Source: Octopus sinensis (lineage: Eukaryota). Taken from it: DNA of 64,000 bases. The position numbers and the translations under genes were made by a program. Under the pieces are notes generated by a model. It saw only the letters and a list, made by a program, of their open reading frames with translations. It made no database searches and was not told where the DNA came from. Location: the NCBI RefSeq assembly GCF_006345805.1, contig NC_042997.1, positions 1,674,001 to 1,738,000 on the forward strand. The letters run 5' to 3'. Shown here in pieces: positions 56,053 to 64,000 of the stretch. Positions within the stretch are counted from its first letter, which is position 1. Each line of letters begins with the position of its first letter.

Positions 56053-57625
56053 TAATAGATATGGCAAATCACAAGTTTGTATTTTAGTAAATAGGTTGCA
56101 GTAGTCGACTATGATTGGCGTGATAGATTCCCGTAAGACTGGCATATGGGTTGTATTCGCCGAAACTTCAACTCAAAAGACATGCATATCGATGAAATTA
56201 GTAAAAGAAACTAATTTACTATTGAATACTAGATATTCTCAGATTCAGTGCATGGAATAACCTAATAATTATAAGAATTTAAAACATAATCATATTAAGC
56301 AGGGTTGCACAATAGTTGCTGAAATATCCTTAGTACATATCTAGTACTAGATATACAAGTATTACATGTATTTTCAAGAAAACCACCGCCAAACCCATGT
56401 GTTTGAAACAGCAGCAATAACTAAGCACGCTTCGTCACTGCTTCGGACTGTACAAAATCTAAGCCTAGATTGTTCAAGAGAAAGTAACAACAAGCTTATT
56501 ATAAGGATACTGAAATTTTACAACCTTCAAATTTGTGTTCTCTACTGTCTTTATATTTCAACATAAATACGTTTACTTTCTTAGTGATAGATGTACAAAG
56601 CTCGTAGAGCCGAATCCTGGATAACAACGTTAATTAAATTCATTAGACATGTGTTTGAAGTCAGTGATGAATATTACAATATTTCAAACAACTAAGCGTC
56701 AGAATAATAATTTGAAAGTTAATTATGAACAGTTACGATATTGGTGGTAGGCAGATTTGGTGTTATTCAGTTACGCCGGGTGGTTAGATACGATGATGTC
56801 TTTATAAATAGGTGAATACAAATATTACAAGGATAATTGTAATGTAACCGATAAAGTAAATACCTGTAATATTGGAAGATATATTCATTCTATTCTCTTT
56901 TTCTGTTAAATTCGTAACACATCACATGAATATATATTAAAAATAATCAATGTGTAATAGTGTGACATAGAAATATTCCCATGATTAAATGATTTTTCAG
57001 TATATAGGATTGCTACACATTTTATGGCGTCTGTACTCAATATCTAAGAATGTCTTCAAGAAATAACTTTTTCAAACATTCATGCAGCTTAATGGCTTTC
57101 ATTGAACTATAACTGGATGATAAAAGAACAAAAATAATGAAAGAAGTAAAAAACGCAATGATTATAAAATAAGATAAACTTCTTCGCATGAACAACATAA
57201 TTTATGGACAAATTCTCGGTTGAAAGAAAAAATATAATGACGGACAGAAAGATATTTCTATATCATCATTCAATCGGTGCAAGTATTTAATTAAAGATAG
57301 TATTAAAAATAAACGTTTTCCAGTGTAAGGCACAAGAAGAGTTGATCAATAAATCAGGCCTATTCACACATAACAGGATTTGAGATATGAGGCATTATAA
57401 CTGGAGAGCAAGTAAATTTCACATCTAGTACAGACCTTAACTCTTGCACAAGCGCACGCACATTCAAGCGCACACATTGTGCTAGCAACGCATATGCATG
57501 CCTCAATCTCTTCCAGATACGTATAACCGACAAATATATATCATGTGATTAAAATTATTTCCAGCATTTTTAATTATTGATTTGTTAAATGCATCTACTT
57601 TTCTGCAAAGCCCATAGAAACACAC

Positions 57626-57685
<60 letters not shown>

Positions 57686-57831
57686 ACACACATATATACT
57701 TATGTATAAATGTATGTGTGCGTATGCATATATGCATGAATCTTTCTCTTTATGTATTTACTTAAGAAATTACAACTCAATGAAATGGTAAATGATAGTG
57801 TTTCGCTACAGGCATATAACTCTCACTATTT

Positions 57832-57909
<78 letters not shown>

Positions 57910-57926
57910 ATCTATCTATCTATCTA

Positions 57927-57995
<69 letters not shown>
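57832..57995. repeat. (TCTA)n + (TA)n microsatellite
   Basis: Directly visible. Confidence 0.95.
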
Positions 57996-57997
<2 letters not shown>

Positions 57998-60429
57998 GTC
58001 TGTCTGTTTGTCAGTCTATCCACCTATCTGCCTGTGAGCTAGTAATTTTGATTCTGTCTTTCTCTCGCCCCTCTCTCTATATATATATATATTTGCGTAT
58101 ATAAACACATAGAGAAACACGTACATATATCTATTGATGTATATATCTGTGTGCGTGTGTGTGTGCATTTATAATCATCAATGTATGTGCATACACAAAC
58201 AGACACGCACACATAATATATGTGTGGGTATATGTTTGTGCAAACTTATATATACATACGCGAGTGTATGTAAGTGTGAAAAATATAGTGTAAATTACAT
58301 CTAACGATGAATAATTCTTACAATTTTAACCAAAGCTGATATATATAAACAGACATACGTGATCTATATTTAACAGTTTATACCATATATTATTCTACAT
58401 ATTTCTATGTTAATTCAATCAAATAACCATACACCGGATCAAGATCATATATTCATTTATTTCCTATGCATCTAATTGTTACTGTTCTTCAGATGATCAT
58501 ATTCTGCCATCGTACACTACAAAGAAAGGGATTACCTAGACGTCATATCAGGACAGTTGTTATGTAATCATGAAACGAAGCAAATATATATGCAGAAATA
58601 CCTTGACAACGATGGTAAACCGGTGATAGCTGCTGTTTGAAGGCCTCGGTCTCTTGCAGCTTGAGTGTTTAACCATTCTTGACTTCTAACTAAAACACTT
58701 AAAGATCTACGCCTGTAGAATTTAGGCCGTTGCAACGTTGTCTTGTAGCTAGACCATAACATGATATATATATTCTTTTATACAAGAATATATGAAGGTA
58801 TGCGTCAAGATTGTATAGCTTTAGCAGGTATATGCAAAGAGATTTCGTGTCGGGTATGTCTGACAATTTCCTAAACTTTCTTGGTCTTACATTACTCTGT
58901 GGTGGTATTGTTTGTGGACAAAGTCTGCAGTCATTGGAGTTACCGACAACGGCCTTCACGCAATAAAGCTCATTGTCACAACGTTGTTAAAAAAACAATT
59001 ACATTTCTGTCCATTGTTGATTTGTGTGTTGACGTCGAACACCTTCTGTTCGGTGTAAGAATCATCCGCTCTCTGCCGTATCTATCACGAAGAGCGAAGC
59101 ATCGATTCCTTCTGCACAGAACGGTATGCAGCATTTCTGCGCCTACTGTTTGGCTAAGGAAGATGAATGTTTGTCATGGCTAACTTCATTTTCAACCGAG
59201 GTACTGTTCTTGAGAGTAGCGTCTATATATTTCTTCAAGTAACACTTGAAGAGACCGTATAGAAAGAGAGGATATTTCTTTACAGCAGAATATACAAAAG
59301 ACATGTCTGATGAAATTAGAATTGATAAAATAGCTGCAGAAACTATGAGCTTTTAAATTAGCGACAAGAAGGCATTGGCATCTGGTTTTTTCACGGTAAC
59401 GCGATATTGTAAGAGGAATTAATGAGTCACCCAATGTAGTTCCTTCACAATTATACGGATGCTTTGATTTATTTGAGATTGTATTGCTATGTTTATTATT
59501 AGGTTTTTATTCATGTGTCCTTTTTATCAATGTTGTTTTCAGCTGTTATTTTAAATGCTAATTCCTCTCCGTTTTGCTGATTTCTTATCTACTATATTAA
59601 TTCTATTGGGGGCCTACTGGCTAGTGTTCCCTAAAGATTATTTTAAGCGGAATTTACTTTTGATCATATGGAATATTATACCGTGGTTTCGATGGAACTA
59701 CAGTCGATAGTTAATTTTTCGAGATATTACGCTTTTTTCGCAAAATATAAACTGTATGTCAAAAATTGTGGTAATCTATTGTATAGATTCTCTAAAAAAT
59801 TTACGCCACACTGCACAGTATATGCTGACAGCTCTCCATACACGCAAGTCGATTTCTAAATAATCAACCAGCCAGCCAACCAGCCAAATAACCAACCGAC
59901 TAACGGATAAAACAACAACAAAAAACCCGCCCCACCAAAAAACAAATTGATATACTGTTTACAGAGAGTGAAAAATAAAAAGTAACTAATTTTATGTTTC
60001 TTTGTCGGCATGCAGCCTGTCGACAAGGAAACATTATAAATTCTTTGGATGGGAATAGCATGTGCAACAGCAAAAAATATTTCTGTTGTCAAAAGTGTTT
60101 GACCTGAAGTAGAGATTTTTTGACACGCAATCCGAAAATGACATCCATCTATTACCATCATGCGAAGATTAGAAAATACTGGATTTACAGATTTTCATGT
60201 TTTCAATAAAAAAGCTGACGGAGTAGAAGGCATAACATAGAATTATACGTAGGAATTAGTTTTTCTTCAAAACCAGAATATTTTATTACAAAAATATAAC
60301 TGAAAAATTTAGTAATAAACTTGAAATTTCTACAGATAGATTATATCCTTATTTATGCATAGTTTCCCATCAATTTGCGTTTGGATTTTCCTGCATGCTG
60401 AAACTGAGGTAGATCCCGAGCTAAGTTCA

Positions 60430-61090
60430 AGCAATAGTGACCTTCATGTGCATGCCCATTTGCCTTGATGTCTGTGTTCTGTTGATTTTAGGCCCTGGTG
60501 GAAACGTTCACCTTGCCCGTCACTAGCATCACCAAGATTTCGAGGGAATTTATGAATGTGGATGTGGAGATAGCGCAGCTTTATGCTTATATTTGCTCCT
60601 AACTATTGAAGGTTGTCCAGCATGTTGTCAATTATTTCGCTTAGTTGGGTGATTTCGTGTTGCCCAGAAGATAATTTACAACCATTAGAAATTAATTCCC
60701 ATGTAGTGCTTCAATGCAACTCATTGAATTTTCAATGTTCACATTTTCATCAATTTTCAGACTGAGCCCCCATCAAATAATGCAGCTTTTATCTTTTCAC
60801 TGCTCAGAACAGAAATCTATTGCAGATAGATTCTACATATTTAGCCAAACTGCTTTGTAATGACAAGTTTGATATAGAATAGTGATAGAAAAACTTTTCC
60901 AGGTGGAACTAAAAGTTGTTCAACCATAATAAAAGACACTGCAAATAATTTTCTTTGCGTCTAGTTTTTGATTACCCAGTGTTTTTCCTTGTCCAAGGTA
61001 CATTGATATTTGGTGTATGGATTTTGTTGTCCTAAGATAACATTGGCCATCTTAAAGTTCACGCAAATCACCCTCTGATTGGGTTCATAT
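60430..61090 (-). pseudogene. Decayed DNA transposon transposase, Sola2-like
   Basis: Minus strand: VICVNFKMANVILGQQNPYTKYQC, LLVPPGKVFLSLFYIKLVITKQF, LSSEKIKAALFDG, LGANISIKLRYLH...FPRNLGDASDGQGERFHQGLKSTEHRHQGKW. These match the LHIKLGLMKQF and SDEQGERFHQD motifs I associate with Sola2; the superfamily call is from memory. Confidence 0.75.
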
Positions 61091-63474
61091 TTTTAAAAAT
61101 CTCGACGTGATCATAAAAATGGATTTAATTTTTCGATTCAGCCGATCTAAAAACATTCAAATCAGGTAAACACGCCTTGACAACAAAATACTTGCTGGGT
61201 TATGTTATATTGGCAGCACGCATAAGTTGTGAAAAGAAAGAATTTTCGAATACAATCATTTGCTAGTATCCTTTCAAGCACGAGAAAAAGTGACATTAAT
61301 TATTTCACCTTATGGACAACGTATAGACGCATTTAAACAAACATTGCCCATCCGCCTAACTGTTTAGTGCAGAGGGAGAATTTAATTTACTTTTCAATGT
61401 CCGTATGTGGTTAGTTCCTTGTGTGGAATGTGAAGGAGCATGTGCTTGTAATTAGGACTCCAACAACATATTTCTTTGTAATAGTTGTGCTTTATAATAG
61501 AAAATAAATATAAATATACCATAAAAGTGTTGCCTCAACTTAACAATAATAATGATTGTAATTAATACAAATTTAGAAAATAAAATAAGTTAAAAAAAAG
61601 AAGGGGAATATGTTTTCCACTTGTTTAACAAAATAGAAAAAAGTAGATGAATTGTGATCAGCTGTGATAGTTTGCAGTTATATTCGATAAGAATATAGAA
61701 GTTCTGATAAAGTCAACAACGATAAGGTAATGTTAAAAGTATATTGGACATTGGTGTACGTATGTGACATACTGGGAGAAAATGATATGCCATTCTATCT
61801 AGAACCAAAAATTATCCTTCCACACAAAAACTCATTCGATAATTTTACGAAGAACGTCATCAAAAGTGGCTACAAGTAGCATATGGAAGCTGTTGTTATC
61901 TTTCGAAAAAAGGAGTTAAAGCATTTCCAGAAGTTTCGAAGATTTGCACTTCAGTCGGAATGTCTATGAAATTTCAAATAATTCTGCTATCTTAGTATTT
62001 TGGAAATGGAAATAGAAAGATAGCCCATAGTTGAACAAGAAAGGTGCATCACTTAGCTGTTATGGATTGGAAAGAAACATTGAAAGTAGGCATGTTATAT
62101 CTCATGTTGAAAATAATATCACTGCTGGTGCATTTGAAACGGTGTCTCTTCCATTTGGGGTGACAGAGTATGTGGAGTGATATAGGTTATCTTGAAAACT
62201 GAAAATGGGATGAAAGACAAGGAAAGATAGATTGACGCTGGCCTGTTTCATACCTGAATAGTTGGAGGAACGCGAAATTCATGATAGAGCACATCAGGGA
62301 CTACATAGATACATGGACTTTAATTAACTTTGTAACTCAATACTGCCTTTTGTTAAATTCCTGCGTACGATATGGGCATATATGTCTTCATTTCACCGCG
62401 TGGCTGCTGAGGAAAAACCTATGACTGATTATCTAAGACGGAAACGCCAGCTGGTGGAAGTAAAATTAATTTCCGCACATTAAGTTTGAGAGGAGGAAAA
62501 CAACAAAAGTTACCAATGGCTGTTCCCTTGAGACAGTACTAGGTGCACCTCTGGTGTTCGAGTGAGGTAAAGCTCTTAGCTTCTCATTTAAGAAGCCACC
62601 GACGACACCAAGAATTTTCCTTCACTAGTAATAATAAACAGGAACGGAAGGAGTGATGAGAACCACTGTAACAAATATGCATCATAAATGGAATTATATT
62701 AAAGAGACCCTTACGAGGATCAGGTAGCGAATGAGGTAGATTAGCAGGCTTTTGTGAAGAAAAAAACGCAAGATTCTCAGAAAAACACATAATCAGAATG
62801 CGTGAAGCGCATCTCCTGCGCAACAGCTACTTCATCTGAAGAAGAATCTCCTTCTAGTATAGTGAAAAGCCTCAATCGAGAGCAACCGTCTCTCACAGGT
62901 GAAGATGAATCACTTGGTCCTCGACAGACCTGAAGTTCACAGACAACTACATAACAAATAAAGCGTTGATGCATGACAATTCTGAAAGGCTTCTTCCTGA
63001 CAATATACTCATCAGTTAGAAGAGACTGTGGTTAAAAGAAACAATATTCGCTACGTTTAGAGAAGTCATCGGTGAAAATTCTAGAATCACTAATTGTAAA
63101 TACATATTGAGAAGTTATGATGGTTCTGTAATTAGTAATCTGGAGGACAAATGTAATCAAAACTGTTTGATTACCTTATCAAAGAATGAGGGAAATTCCC
63201 ACAATGAGTCATCGATTTGACTTCTCTTTGCTTTAAATCTTGTTTACATATTTTGTCTTTTAATATACTCTAAGTAATATACACATTTATTTATATGTCT
63301 TTCATAAAATTTTGCCGCAACATTTACTTTATAACATTTTCACACCTCATCTCAATTATAAGTAACATGTTTGTCCAACTCCACAATCATTGTTAACCTC
63401 ATTTGAAGGCTTCAAGTTTTGCATGTCCGTTTGATGTATATAAATATCCTCCGTGGCTAAAAAAGCAAATGCTT

Positions 63475-63548
63475 GTTATTATAGTTGTTGTTGTTATTAT
63501 TATTATCATTATTATTATTATTACTATTATTATTATTATTATTATTAT

Positions 63549-63581
<33 letters not shown>

Positions 63582-63582
63582 A
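63475..63582. repeat. (ATT)n microsatellite
   Basis: Directly visible. Confidence 0.95.
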
Positions 63583-64000
63583 AAACATTTTCTGACGTTG
63601 ATAGTGTTGGATTCGCTGATGGCATTATTGGTGATGATGGTGATAGAAGACGTGCTGCTGTTACCGCTGTTCTTGATGGTTGTATCGATGGCGATGACGA
63701 TGATGATGCTTACGATAATGATAAATCTTATTTGGCAAGAAACGATTGAAGCAAAATACACATCGAAATGTTCCCAACATTTCCTGTCAACTATTTACTT
63801 CGTCTTTTTCATAATATTATGACATTTCCTATGTGATATTTTTCACTGTATTTGTATTATTTCTGTCTTATGGCTGCCATATACAAAATCACTTTTGTAG
63901 ATTGTTCATTCATCTACATATATCGTTAAAATATTTGAATGACACAAACTGACACATTCAGATGTGAATAGCAGCAAATGTTTAATCCTAAACAAAACAA

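Overview
AT-rich, microsatellite-dense animal genomic DNA with no intact host protein-coding gene that I can support. The SINE families and repeat landscape look like an Octopus (cephalopod) genome; this is inferred from recalled repeat families, not from a database search. Most ORF-track entries are translations of (TA)n, (CA)n, (AAT)n, (GAT)n or (TCTA)n repeats. Recognisable content: five decayed mariner elements, a Sola2-like transposase remnant, CR1-, RTE- and R4/Dong-type LINE fragments, four Penelope-like element (PLE) remnants, and many tRNA-derived SINEs. The most notable signal is a set of hammerhead ribozyme (HHR) motifs in short non-coding repeats. (1) A 406-bp near-perfect palindrome (18360-18765) carries a complete type-I hammerhead in each arm, so one on each strand. 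(2) A repeated tRNA-like head + (AAT)n + hammerhead module follows the end of a PLE ORF at 29.8-30.6 kb and recurs as a head-to-head pair at 38.1-38.75 kb. (3) Further, decayed hammerhead cores lie in short elements next to (TA)n tracts. Together these suggest a family of non-autonomous, PLE-dependent, ribozyme-bearing (retrozyme-like) elements. Coordinates were counted by hand; element boundaries are approximate unless TIRs or TSDs are quoted.
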